NCBI GenBank assembly: GCA_951406725.2
Contig: OX597818.1
Span: forward strand, 43,338,001 to 43,402,000
Origin: Octopus vulgaris
Lineage: Eukaryota
Length of the DNA: 64,000 nt
Reading direction: 5' to 3'
The notes under the pieces are model-generated. The model was not told the origin of the DNA. It made no database searches and saw nothing but the letters and a program-made list of their open reading frames with translations. Within the stretch, counting starts at the first letter, position 1; every line of letters begins with the position of its first letter. The position numbers and the translations under genes are program-made. Below are positions 40,021 to 54,171 of this stretch, piece after piece.

Positions 40021-40895
40021 TGTTACTGAATGTTGGTCAGTACATGAGTGGGAATTGTCTGGAAGTGAGAAGCAATGGATGGTAGGCTGGACATGTAAGT
40101 TTGGAGTCACTATACATAGGTTGTTGGATCTGGAACATTTTGAGAAGGGACACACACAACTATGTGTCCATATATTGTGAAAATATTAACCATAGACAAA
40201 TTTAGCTGACATACAACCAATTCTGTCCTTATCTATGGTGAAAATACCCAGAAGAACAAAAGAAATTTAACTTATCCACCTACTGTTGTAGGTTTGAGAG
40301 AAGATTTCAACTATTGATAGAATTGATCAGTCATATTAGTTATGTAACTAAATGTTATATTTCTTCTGCTCCATCTAACCTAAATGTTGATTATGGTAAT
40401 AATAACTATTCTTAAAAATCTTAATTTCAAAATCATCTGGATTAGAATACACTAAAAACAACCTGAAATCAATCTGATAAATTCTTTTCACCTCACATAT
40501 TGCAATTTACACCAGAAAATACTAAATACAAGTAGAGCTTAGCTTTTGGTTTTAAATGATGAAGTAGTTTATGAAGTGGAGACAGACACTTCTGGGTTCA
40601 CAAGCAACTAAGCCAGTTGAACCAGATTAACCTGATGATTATGTGTGCAGGAATGTTTGCATGGTTAGGAAGGTATGTTCACAACATGCTTCCCAATCTG
40701 ATCCCACTGCACAACAGCTTGAGCAAGTATCCTCAAGAATAAAGTTGAGTTGACCAATGCCCTGTGAGTGATATTTGAGGACTGGAAGCCCATTTCACAC
40801 ACACACACACAAATATATATATAAGGTTATTTCCCAACCACATGGTTCTGGGTTCAGCTTCACTGCATGGCCCCCTTGGGCAAGTGTCTTCTACT

Positions 40896-41766
40896 ATACA
40901 AGGTCTGATCAATAAGTATCTGGGCTGTTGCCATAGTAATGAAGCTGAAGCATGCAGACTGAAGCTGCTTGGCAAAGATTTACCATGAACTCTGCTGTGC
41001 ATGTGCACTAAGTTTTAACATTCTAGCTCACTTCTGCTGTTTACAGCAGTGCTTGGAAGGAAGGTGTGTAGTGTGTGAGCAGCACATTGGCCATGACAGA
41101 GAAAATTGTCATGGTGATACTTGCTCAGAGGCCTATGCAAAGTTGATGAAAGTGTATGGAGAGGAGTGTATGAGCTGCATACAAGTGTACAAGCGGTTCA
41201 GACGTTTCCAAGATGGCAGAAAAAAATGTTGATATTGACAAACATTCTGGGAGGCCCACAACCAGGAGAAAGAAAAATGTCACAGATGAGCATGCAGCTG
41301 TGAGAGTAAATCTTCAAATTACTACCTGTGAGTTATCATAGGATGTGCAGATTAGTTATAGTTCAGTTCAGTCCATTACCACTGAAGATTTGGGTATGAG
41401 ACACTTGTCTGCTAAGTTTGTGTCAGCTAACCAAAACAACACTCATATTTCAGTTGCACAAGATCTCCTTGATTTTGTCAAGAACAATGAAAACTTTTTG
41501 AAAACTTTCGAAAACTTGCACAGGCCTCTAAGCAGGTATTGCCAAGCATTGACCATGACAGAGAAAATTTGGTCAATGTGATGATCACATGCTACACACC
41601 TTCCTTCCAAGCACTAATGTAAACAGTGGAAGCAAGCTAGAATGTTAAAACGTAGTGTGCATGTACAGCAGAGTTCAAGGTCAATCTGTACCAAGTGGAT
41701 TTACTCTATATGCTTTAGCTTTGTTACTATGGTAACAGTCCAGATATTTATTCATCAGACCACATA
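40896..41766 (+). mobile_element. Decayed mariner/Tc1-type element with ~200-bp inverted termini, inserted at a TA within a SINE A copy
   Basis: 40896-41093 is the reverse complement of ~41570-41766. Internal remnants GDTCSEAYAKLMKVYGEECMS..VYKRFRRFQDGR (mariner N-terminal HTH) and DLGMRHLSAKFV. The SINE A halves rejoin across it. Confidence 0.8.
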
Positions 41767-42039
41767 ACCTCAGTCCAACTAAAGCCTTGTGAGTGGATTT
41801 GATAGACTGAAACTGAAAGAAGCCCATATGTGTATGTGTTTGTGTGTGTGCTTGACAACTGATAAAAAGGTATGTATTTTGAATTAAAAGCATTCTAATA
41901 ATGTAAACATTATTGGTTGCATATACATACTGTATGTGTGTTGTTTGTATGCCAATTTTCCGCAGGGTAGCATCCTAAGAAAGGGCACCAATTTACTGTG
42001 ATGTGAGATAGCATCTTGGAAAAGTATTTATCTGTGTGT

Positions 42040-42077
<38 letters not shown>

Positions 42078-42109
42078 GAAAAGCAAAAAACTAAGAAAAT
42101 GCAGTCTTG

Positions 42110-43290
<1,181 letters not shown>

Positions 43291-43584
43291 ATATATACAC
43301 ACACACACACATGTATATATGTGTGTGTATCTTTGTGTCTGTGCTTGTCCTCCATCACCTCGTGACAACTGGTACTGATGTGTTTACAGCCTCATAACTT
43401 AGTGTTTCTACAAAAAGAGATGGATAGAATTAGTATCAGGTTTAAGAAACATAATAAGTACCAGGGTCGATTCATTCAACTAAAAGTTTCTGAGGGCAGT
43501 GCCCCAGCATGGCCAGTCTAATAACTGAAACAAGTAAAAAATAAAGATGTGTGTGTGTGTGTGTGTGTGTATCTTTCAACAAGA

Positions 43585-44008
43585 AGTGTAGGAGTGGCTG
43601 TATGGTAAGTAGCTTGATTACCAACCACATGGTTCTGGGTTCAGTCCCACTGCGTGGCACCTTGGGCAAGTGTCTTCTACTATAGCCTCAGGTTGACCAA
43701 AGCCTTGTGAGTGGATTTCGTAGACGGAAACTGAAAGAAGCCTGTTGTATATATGTTTATATATATCTATATATATGTGTGTATGTATATGTTTGTGTGT
43801 CTGTGTTTGTCCTCCCCAACATCGCTTGACAACCGATGCTGGTGTGTTTATGTCCCCGTAACTTAGCGGTTCAGCAAAAGAGACTGATAGAATAAGTACT
43901 AGGCTTACAAAGAATAAGTCCTGGGGTCGATTTGCTCAACTAAAGGCGGTGCTCCAGCATGGCCACAGTCAAATGACTGAAACAAGTAAAAGAGTAAAAG
44001 AGTAAAGA
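43585..44008 (+). mobile_element. SINE family A, near consensus
   Basis: Full head, body and (AAAGAGT)n tail. Confidence 0.85.
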
Positions 44009-44544
44009 GATATATGTATGGACAAGTAAAATGGATAAACTAGTGCATTCAAATAAAAAATATCTTGTGTTATGTACTCCAGCTAAGCTGTACATATATC
44101 ATTTTATCAAAGCTGCCCCATTGGATCAATGAATCTGACAAAAACAAGAGTGATCTTTATTGGAATCAACAAATTATTTGTTGATGCATGCCGATGTCTG
44201 CCAAAGAAGTAATAATTCACAGGATGCATGCAGAATGAGGACATCGTTATCATCATCATTTACAACAATCTAAACAATTTTATATATAATACACTGTGGT
44301 AGATTTGAATGTGAATATCTGACTGCTGTTGTTTGTTTGTCATTGGAAAATGCCTTCCTCCCTTTCACAACACAGGATTTCTCTGTGAAGGGGACATAAG
44401 TGCTCTAGTTTTGTCAGATTGAGCTTTGACTGAGGAAACACAACTTGGTTGAAATATTATTGTGTCGCAAAGTTCCTTTAGCCAACTGAACTGGTGAATC
44501 TTGTATGTTATGAACATACATAATCTAAAAGGAGGAAGATATTT

Positions 44545-44853
44545 TCACGTAAAAAGCACCATCCAATCGTGGCCGTTGCCAGCCTCATCTGGCCTCCGTG
44601 CCATTGGCACACAAAAAGCACCATCCGATCGTGGCCGTTTGCCAGCCTCGTCTGGCACCTGTGCCAATGGCATGTAAAAAGCACCCACTACACTCATGGA
44701 GTGGTTGGCGTTAGGAAGGGCACCCAGCTGTAGAAACACTGCCAGATCAGACTGGGCCTGGTGCAGCCTTCTGGTTTCCCAGACCCCAGCTGAACCGTCC
44801 AACCCATGCCAGCATGGAAAGCGGACGCTTGACGATGATGATGATGATGATGA
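44545..44853 (+). mobile_element. 3' end of the (GAT)n-tailed RTE/RTEX LINE family
   Basis: Ends ccatgccagcatggaaagcggacg...(gat)n. Confidence 0.8.
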
Positions 44854-45392
44854 AGCAAACAACAGAGATCAAATATTCATGTTTTGAATTTGCCAAAGCA
44901 TATTAAGAATGAATAGATGTATTACTATTTAGATTTTTACTGTTTTGAATGAATAGTAAGCTGTATACAGATACAGCTCATTCAGATACAGCTCGTATAT
45001 ATGTAAGGATCATCTCCCCAACAGGGTAGCTTTATCTGAGGAGACATACAACAAAGTCAAAATATTATGTAGTGTGTCCAAGTCTTCTTGACGTGGTAAA
45101 CTGGTGGATTGCATATATGTTATGAATACACATTGTCTGAAGGAGGAAAGTGTTCCTTGATGACAAACATCAGTAAATGGATAGATATTCACATTCAGAA
45201 CAGCCAGAATATCAAGTATGAACATGTTAAAAATTGGCTAGAATACTATTGTGGCTACTATTATTCATCCTATATATTGCATCAGAAAGGAAATGAAGGA
45301 ATTAAATGCCAAAGGAAACCAATGAGCAGGAAATAATACATGGTCACTGAGCTTCTTAAGAATAGCGGCCAAATATCATTCAAACTGCAAAT

Positions 45393-45466
<74 letters not shown>

Positions 45467-45505
45467 ACTCTCTTTCTCACACACACACACACGAATTCAT
45501 AGATT

Positions 45506-46490
45506 CATGAATATCAGCTCAATGCTATCAGTAAATGAAGTCATAAACCTCAGCTCAACTCTATCAGTTAACGAATGAAAGTTAGCTCAACATTGCCAGA
45601 TAATGATGCCATAATCTCAGTTCAAAACAGTCTGTTAACAAAGTTATGGTCATTGGGTCACTGATATGAGGTAATGAAGTCATGAAAGGTAGCTCAGTGC
45701 TATCAGGTAATGAAACCATGTACCACTCTCAACATCATCAGGTAATGGAGCCATGAACTTCAGCTCAATGCTGTCGGTTACTGAAGCTTCAAAAATCAAT
45801 TCACTGCTATTAGGTAATGAAGTCATGAACCTTGGTTCAACACTACCAGTTAATGGTGTCATAAACCTCAGCTCAAAACAGTTGATAAAGTTATGAACCT
45901 CTACACTACATTATTAGTTAATGAATACATTAACTATAGTTACACACAATATCAGTTAACAAAGTCGTGAACCTCATTTCAAGACTATCAGTTAATGAAG
46001 TCATGATCCTCAGATCAGTACTTTCAAATAATGAGTTTGTGAACATCAGCTGAATGCTATCATTTAAGGACTTGATGAACTTAAGGAATTCATGAACTTT
46101 AGTTTAATGTGATCATTTAATGATGTCATGAAACTTAGCTCAACACAGTCAGTTCATGAAGTCATAAAAATCAGCTCACTGCCATCAGATAATGAAGTCA
46201 TGAGTCCCAGCTCAATATTATCAGTTAATGATGTTATGAAACTTAGCCTAACACAGTCATTTCATGAAGTTTGGAAAATCAGCTCATTGACATTAGCTGA
46301 TTGAATTATGAACCTCAGCTCAATACTATCAGCTCATTACTATCAGTTAACAGTCATGAACATGAACTGAACATTATTCCTTAATGACATCATGATCCTA
46401 GGCTCAAAACAATCAGTTAATAAAGTTGTGAACCTCTGATTAACATTATTACTTAATAACCCATGCTAGCATGGAAAATGGACGCTAAAC

Positions 46491-46525
<35 letters not shown>

Positions 46526-46945
46526 TATGAACTTCAGTTACACACTACAGTTAAGGGAATTATGAACCTCTGCTCAACTTTAGCAGTTAACAAAGTTTTT
46601 TGTCTTTACTTAACAATGCTAGTTATTGAATTCATGAATCTCATCTCAGTACAATCAGTTAATGGAATCATGACACACAGCTCAACATTAACGGTTAATA
46701 ATGTCAGTTAACAAGGCCATGAACTTCAGTTCAACTCTAATAGTTGATGAACTCATGTATCTTAGCTCAACACTGCCTGTTAATGAGGTCATGAATCTCA
46801 GTTCAACACAGTCAGTTAATGCAGGCAATTCTGTCAGTTAATTAAATCATGAAAATCTGTTCAATGCTCAGTTAAGGAAGACATGAACCAACACTACCAG
46901 TTAATCAAGTTATGAATTTCAGCTCAACTCTGTCAATTAATAAAG
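45506..46945. repeat. Degenerate 36-bp tandem array of roughly 35-40 units; consensus ~CATGAACCTCAGCTCAAYRCTATCAGTTAATGAAGT
   Basis: Units can be read off at ~36-nt spacing. Interrupted at ~46459-46522 by an RTE tail fragment. Confidence 0.85.
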
Positions 46946-47225
46946 CAGCAAACAGTTATTAATATAATTCTGTTTTTGTTTTTAATCAATCAATGTTTCA
47001 TTAAGTTGCTGAACTAAGGAGTAAATTCACAAACTCAATCTATGCATGTTACTTATCAACAGCTGATGCAGCATGGCTGAATAATGATAGTTCACTATCA
47101 TGAGGTTCTGGATTTGATTCTGCTGTGTAAGTGTCACCATTGCCTTGGATCAACTCATGCCTCTGAGTGCAACTTGGCAGATGGAAACTGCAGAAGTCTG
47201 CCAGGAAGATTGTAGATATAATTCA

Positions 47226-47460
47226 AAGACGGTGAGCTGGCAGAAACGTTAGCGCTCCGGGCGAAATGCTTAGCGGTATTTCGTCTGTTGTTACGTTCTG
47301 AGTTCAAATTCTGCTGAAGTCGACTTTGCCTTTCATCATTTCGGGGTTGATTAAATGAGTACCAGTTATGCACTGGGGTCGATATAATCGACTTATTCCA
47401 TGTGTCTGTCCTTGTTTGTCCCCTCTGTGTTTAGCCCCTTGTGGGAAGTAAAGAAATAGG
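47226..47460 (+). mobile_element. SINE family B
   Basis: Full-length copy flanked by a tataattcaaaga-like direct repeat (possible TSD). Confidence 0.8.
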
Positions 47461-49594
47461 TATAATTCAAAGAATAGCTTTGTTATGCTCTATGTTACAC
47501 TGATTCTGCCTTAGAATTATGTAAAGGCTATATGCATCTGTAGAAAGTTCAGCTATGTTCAGTGAACAAGCAAGTAATTCAGTTGATCAAGGAAGGACAT
47601 CCAGCTGTAAAAACCATGCCAAAACAGACACACAAGTCTGGTGAAGGCTCCAGACTAGCCAGCTCCTGTCAAACCATGCAACTCATGGCAGCATTAAACA
47701 TTGATGATGATGATGATGATGATGAGTGTGAAGTGTGTTTAAAAGGTTTGAAAGTAGACAAAGACTGTGCTACTGATAACATATGAACCATTGAATCTTT
47801 ATTGTTTTATTCTTTTACTTGTTTCCATCATTTGACTGGCGCCATGCTGGAGCACCACCTTTGGGAATGATTCTAAAAGGGCAAAGAGTTAGAAAAGTAT
47901 GACTGTGTGTTAATTACTCCTGATAGCGAATATGTAATAATGGCATATATGATGCACTCTTATGCAAAAAAAAATTGTCTTAAAAAAATCACCCATAAGC
48001 TAATTTTGTCCCTGACACTCACTTTTTCCTGAATATGCACTGTTGTAATTGGAGTCCTTTTTTTAAGCCATCACATACAATAATTAATTAAAAAGCCAAG
48101 ATTGTGTACATCCAATTTATAACTGGTATTGTTCATCCAGTTTGTAGCTTGGGCATTGGTGTAAGAATACAATAAGAATTGTGTAATACTTTAAACAACA
48201 AACAAGTTAGTTGACACTGTATAAAAATATTGTAATTGTTGCAATTTTGGGAGGTAGATAATTTTGGGAGGTGACTACCATCACCTTTTTCTTTGTACAA
48301 GTGTATTGAAGGAAGAAAATCTTGGACTTCACTGAATCAGAAATTACAATGAAATAAGACGGGCATCAAAAGAGTAAATATATTATAGATCCCTGAGAAC
48401 CAAGTCAACTATTCACCTTCTGTTTCTGATTGTAACTATTTCAATTAATCTTCCAAGAAAATCTTTCTGAACAATGAGTGTTACAATCTTTATATGTTCT
48501 GCTTCAGAAGTCCGTAGTCTTGAACATATGGAAAGGTTCAATAATTACAATGACATTATCTTTATATTATAGCTATTCTCATTCCCTGAATATATTCTGT
48601 TCAAAACTTATTAAATAATCTACTTTCTATAGTTACTTATTCAAACATTATTCACTTTTATCTATTTGAGGACTTAAAAAGTTTCATGATCAGTATCTGT
48701 CTGATTCACACTTTATTTCTTTGAATATCCCTAAAGTGAAACAAAAATCTATATTCTCTCGTTCCGTTTCAGTGAATTAGAATTAGTAGTATTTTTTTTC
48801 CTTTCTTTTTATGTCTTTTTTTTCTGTTGTTCTTTCTTTTATTACATTTAATAATTTATGCATTGGCAGACTTGTACAAGGTCTCTTGTTTTCCTTCCTG
48901 ATTGTGAATGAATTAAATAAGTACATTATCTTTCTGCCGCTTGATCTGTCATCCACTGTCGAGATATATTTTTTATTATGAAGTTTCCTCCTTTCCATTT
49001 CAATTATTTTTATTAACAAAAAACATTATATCATGAAGCATTGCTGTAATTATTGTTATTGAATAATCATTGCTATGACTATCAAAGCTGACTGATGTAA
49101 CAGAAGTACCTGAAAGAGAGCTTGGAACAACCTACGTGATCAGCCTCTCTTAGAAGCATAAAAGAAAAAACAACAAACTATGTACTGGTGCTGGGTTCAA
49201 TCCCAGTGCATGGCACCTTGGGCACCTCTAAACATTTTATCAGCATACTAACAATTCTATCAGTTCACTGCCTTATTGCTTCATTAAATAACATCTGCCC
49301 ATTGATTAAATTAGTATCTTAAAATGCTGATTTTAAAATTTTAATTTCTAGTTCCACTACATTAAAATCTATAAACTCTAGCTTTGAAGCTTTTACCAAT
49401 TTTGTACAGATATAGTGACTAGTCTCCTCCTTATTTTAGTTGTTATTGTCATAACATATTACTGTTGAACCTCTTGCCTTCTTTCGGTGATTGTCATATT
49501 GGGTAGCATTCTTGAAACTTCAAATCAAACCCATTTATGGTGTTATATTATACTCTTTCCATTGTCCGTGTCAGGATTATTCTTATATTAATAT

Positions 49595-49713
<119 letters not shown>

Positions 49714-49719
49714 ATGTAT

Positions 49720-49770
<51 letters not shown>

Positions 49771-49786
49771 TAGATATATGTATATA

Positions 49787-49825
<39 letters not shown>

Positions 49826-49879
49826 AAAAAATCAAGTTCGAAAATGCTGCTGTATTATACAATTTTTAATTTTTATATA

Positions 49880-51170
49880 TACATTATAACATGTTTCAGT
49901 TCCTGAAATGAACCTTATCAAAAAAAGTTATATATAAAAAGAGACAGCTCATGCCGTCAAACACAAGAAATTCATTTATAATACACAACGGAGTCAGACA
50001 TCTTAGAGTTCATGTATAGTTGATATATAGTTCATGTATAGTTGATATATAGTTTGAAGTATATGTTCAAAGTGTTCGATGCAGTGGCCCACGGTGGCGA
50101 TACGTATTCAATACAAAAAACAGATCAAAGTGGTGGAAAGCGGTCAATACAGAAGATTGATGTTTCCGAAAGAGCGAGGAATTCATTTTTACCTTAAGCA
50201 ATTGTGATGACCCATGGTGGAAGTTCGCTGGGTGGTTCTAGTGATTTTTTGTGAAATGCTTGGTTTTATAATGCCTGTTAGGTGGTCAATCTAGCGTAGC
50301 GTGACGTCATCAATGTTTTGACCAATCGTTTCGTTAGGTGGCTTTAATCAAGTGGAACGGGACGTCATCATTATTTTGACCAATCGCTGCATTATAACTC
50401 CCTCTTGTTTGTTTCCTGTCTTGACCAGTCGCTTCGTTAGTCAAGCATAGCGGGATGTCATCCAGATTCTGCCCAATCACGACTTATAGCTACATTAGAT
50501 CTGCCCCCTGTCTGTACTTGTTAGGTGACTATTCAAGCAGAAAAGGACGTCATCAATATTCTGACTAATGACTGTCCCCTGTTTGTATCCTGTCCATTCT
50601 AGCAGAGCTAGACGTCATCAACTTGTTGACCAATCAGAATCGGGTCTGACCCTTAGCTGTATCGTATGTATCAGGGTCAGATTTGCACGAAAGAATTTTT
50701 TTCCCTTTTTTACTAAGGCATATTTCCGTCAGAGTGAGTGTCTGTTTGAAGTAGCGGCCGTGGTGAAATTTGGTTCTCCTTTTCGGAGGACTTATCTTTT
50801 GTTTTAGTATTCCTGGCCCAGGGTGTTTAAACTTGGTCTAAATTTTTTTATGAAATATAGTTCTTTATTTTGGCGTTGTGTGAAGGTTGCGTTGTCACTG
50901 AATTTATAGAGCGGGTTAGCTGTAAATTTCGGATTTACATTTCCAGGACATCTATCTATGTGTCCGCTGACCGGTATTTTGCGGTAATCAGGGTTTCTAA
51001 TTTGTGATTTATGCACCGCCATCCTGTTACATAAGCTATTTTTTGTATGGCCTATATACTGCCTATTGCAGCCTGCGCATGTTATGACGTAAATTAAGTT
51101 TTCTGATGCGCAGGTGAAGTTTGTTCTAATGGTGAACTGGTGGCCTTGTTCCAGTATAAATTCTGATCCA
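49880..51170 (-). mobile_element. 3' portion of a Penelope-like element: GIY-YIG endonuclease plus 3' non-coding/pLTR region
   Basis: The C-terminal part of ORF 50804..51364 ([36 protein letters not shown]...SGH...[13 protein letters not shown]) is a GIY-YIG domain with the PLE Cys/His motif. The N-terminal part of that ORF is microsatellite. Confidence 0.85.
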
Positions 51171-51222
51171 TATATATATATGTGTGTGTGTATGTATATA
51201 TGTGTATATATATGTATGTATA

Positions 51223-51340
<118 letters not shown>

Positions 51341-51597
51341 CACTGGCCCATAGATTGAACTCATATCTACCAGGTAAACTGCATCACTTTATCACTTGAC
51401 ATTTAATCAATGCTTATATTCACTATACCACTGTCCATAGGTGTTAAGTGTCAAAGTTTACCAGGTAGGCATGTGTTCAATCCATAGTTCAATCCATAGT
51501 TCAGTGAATCTGTATACACTCTGGTTCAAGTGAAATGAGCAATCAATATTACAAGTTCAAGAATAAGAAAATATCCCAGGTTGCCTTCATGGACTGA

Positions 51598-51932
51598 ATA
51601 ATAATGAAATTATTGTATACAGTACTCAGGTGCACCACAACTTGTCAAAAGTGCGTATAAAGCATATGCAGTAATGTACAAATGTCTGGGAAGTGAACAG
51701 TGTATGAGTCAGATACATGCTTGTGTGTGTATGGAGGGGAGAAAAGCAGGTGTAGTGTTGGCAAATCTCAGGAAGCATGGAAGTTTTGAAGGATGCAGTG
51801 CTCCGACAACTAACAACTGATGCCGGCAGTTTGTTCCATACTTCAGCAACTCTTAGCATGAAAAAATGTTTCCGAAAGTCATGGGAGCTGTGCTGTTTTC
51901 TAACTTTGTAAACATGTCCATGGGTGTTTGAC
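51598..51932 (-). mobile_element. CR1/L2-like LINE 3' fragment
   Basis: ORF 51626..51955: HGHVYKVRKQHSSHDFRKHFFMLRVAEVWNKLPASVV. Confidence 0.8.
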
Positions 51933-51956
51933 AGGTGGTATAGTGAATATACCACT

Positions 51957-52190
51957 AAGGCGGCGAGCTGACAGAAACGTTAACACGCCGGGCGAAATGC
52001 GTAGCCGTATTTCATCTGCCATTACGTTCTGAGTTCAAATTCCGCCAGGGTTGACTTTGCCTTTCATCCTTTCGGGGTCGATAAATTAAGTACCAGTTAT
52101 GCACTGGGGTTAATGTAATCGACTTAATCCGTTTGTCTGTCCTTGTTTGTCCCCTCTATATTTAGCCCCTTGTGGGTAGTAAAGAAATAG
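51957..52190 (+). mobile_element. SINE family B with 15-bp target-site duplication
   Basis: ggtatagtgaatata at 51937-51951 and 52190-52204. Confidence 0.85.
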
Positions 52191-52751
52191 GTATAGTGAA
52201 TATAAGCATTGATTAAATGTCAAGTGATAAAGTGATGCAGTTTACCTGGTAGGTATGAGTTCAATCTATGGACCAGTGTATCTATCTATCTATCTATCTA
52301 TCTATCTAAAAGGTGCTCAGAGTTATTGTTAGTAAGATGGTTAATAAAGAGTTCAGCTCAAAATTTAGAAAATGTTACTGAACATGACAGAAATCTGAAG
52401 AAGATGAGATGATACAATCACTGAAACTCTTTCTAATAAGGTTTATTCCTTATTTCAGAAACTGAGACAACAATTTTTTTATGTAATTAAAATTTAGAGA
52501 CTTTGAGAAAATGAGAAATAATTTGTTTTTAATGGTTGAATTTTAATAATAGTGTTAACCCTTTTGTAGAAGAAATCAGATATACTCACTCAAAATTTCA
52601 TTACCCTTAAACTGCAAAAGGCATTTTTATATATCAATCTAACTTTTATTGAAGAATCTCATGATTGAAACTATATTTTGATATATATCAACATTTTGCA
52701 AAAAATACCGGTTCTAGTTTTTGGTAGATATTTAACATCATTACTGGAATA

Positions 52752-53170
52752 CTCTTTACTCTTTTACTTGTTTCAGTCATTTGACTGTGGCCAGGCTGGA
52801 GCACCGCCATTAGTCAAGCAAATCGACCCCCAGGACTTATTCTTTGTAAGCCTAGTACTTATTCTATCGGTCTCTTTTGCCGAACCACTAAGTGACAGGG
52901 ACGTAAACACACCAGCATCGGTTGTCAAGTGATGTTGGGGGGACAAACACAGACACACAAACATATACACACACACACACATACACATATATATATACAT
53001 TTATACGATGGGCTTCTTTCAGTTTCCATCTACCAAATCCACTCACAAGGCTTTGGTCGGCCCGAGGCTATAGTAGAAGACACTTGCCCAAGGTGCCATG
53101 CAGTAGGACTGAACCCGGAACCATGTGGTTGGTAAGCAAGCTACTTTCCATACAGCTACTCCTACGCCTA
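52752..53170 (-). mobile_element. SINE family A
   Basis: Reverse-complement near-consensus copy. Confidence 0.85.
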
Positions 53171-54171
53171 TGACCATGAAATTTAATTTCACAGTTAGCA
53201 GGGAAAAAAACCTTTCAAGAATTAGGCAACATGACTTGCAGAAAATACCAGTTCTAGTTTTTGGTAGATATTTATCATCATTACAGGAATAACCATGAAA
53301 TTTAATTTCAAATTTAGAGGGGAAAAAACCCTTTCAAGATCAAGCATTGAAGACAAATTCAAAATTTTAAAATTTATATTTTAATTTTGTTGTATTTCAT
53401 TGTATGGGCTTTGAAAGTTTTAGAATCATATTCCAGGCTGCTCTGAAATTTGTAACTCTAAAGAAAAACTGTTTTCAGAGATTTAGGTTCCAAAATTAAT
53501 ACATCAACTGCAGAATAATAATGTATGCTGCAAAAAATATTTTTGGGATTTTCAGGAAACAACGATCCAAGAACATTTGCAAAGTTCAAGCATAAATATA
53601 AATTAATTATATAAATCATAAAATATGGTAAATATAAATCATGTTACACAACAGACAGCAGTTTTGCAATTATATATTACATTTCTGTAAGGCTGCAAGT
53701 ATGCCGGTCGAAATTCTTAGCAGTATTTCTTCTGTCTTTACATTCTGAGTTCAAATTCCACCGAGGTCGACTTTGCCTTTCATCCTTTTGTGGTCGATAA
53801 ATTAAGTACTAGTTGTGTAATCGACTGGCTTCCTCCCCTAAAATTTTGGGCCTTGTGCCTAGAGTAGAGCATGGAGAATGTGTGGATAGGCACAGGAGAG
53901 AGGCTGGAGGGGCCTGCAGCAGATGTTGGGAAGTTGGGGGAGTTTTGACAGAGGTCAGATGTGTGTGTGTGTGTTGTGGGGGGCATGGCTGTAATAAACA
54001 AGCCTGTATGTGTGGATGGCCACAATTTCACTTAGCTGTATATAAACTGAGATTTTCTGTAAGAAAATTGTTTAGTAGTCCTCGTAGTTTTTAAATTTTT
54101 GATTCATATTTATAATTTACATAACTTATTTTATGTTAATTTTAATTGATTTTTAGTTTTAGATTTAAACA

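Noticed and set aside
44040-45360. Moderately GC-richer non-repeat patches (44040-44500, 45010-45360; also 4990-5290 and 56100-56600) as possible exons of a second gene
   Set aside because: No consistent open frame with paired splice sites. More likely old unclassified transposon remains.
45506-46945. CRISPR array interpretation of the 36-bp periodicity
   Set aside because: Units are contiguous and degenerate with no unique spacers, there are no cas genes, and the context is eukaryotic.
48400-48530. Minus-strand peptide EHIKIVTLIVQKDFLGRLIE, faintly KH-domain-like
   Set aside because: Lacks the GxxG loop, is flanked by stops and has no convincing splice sites.
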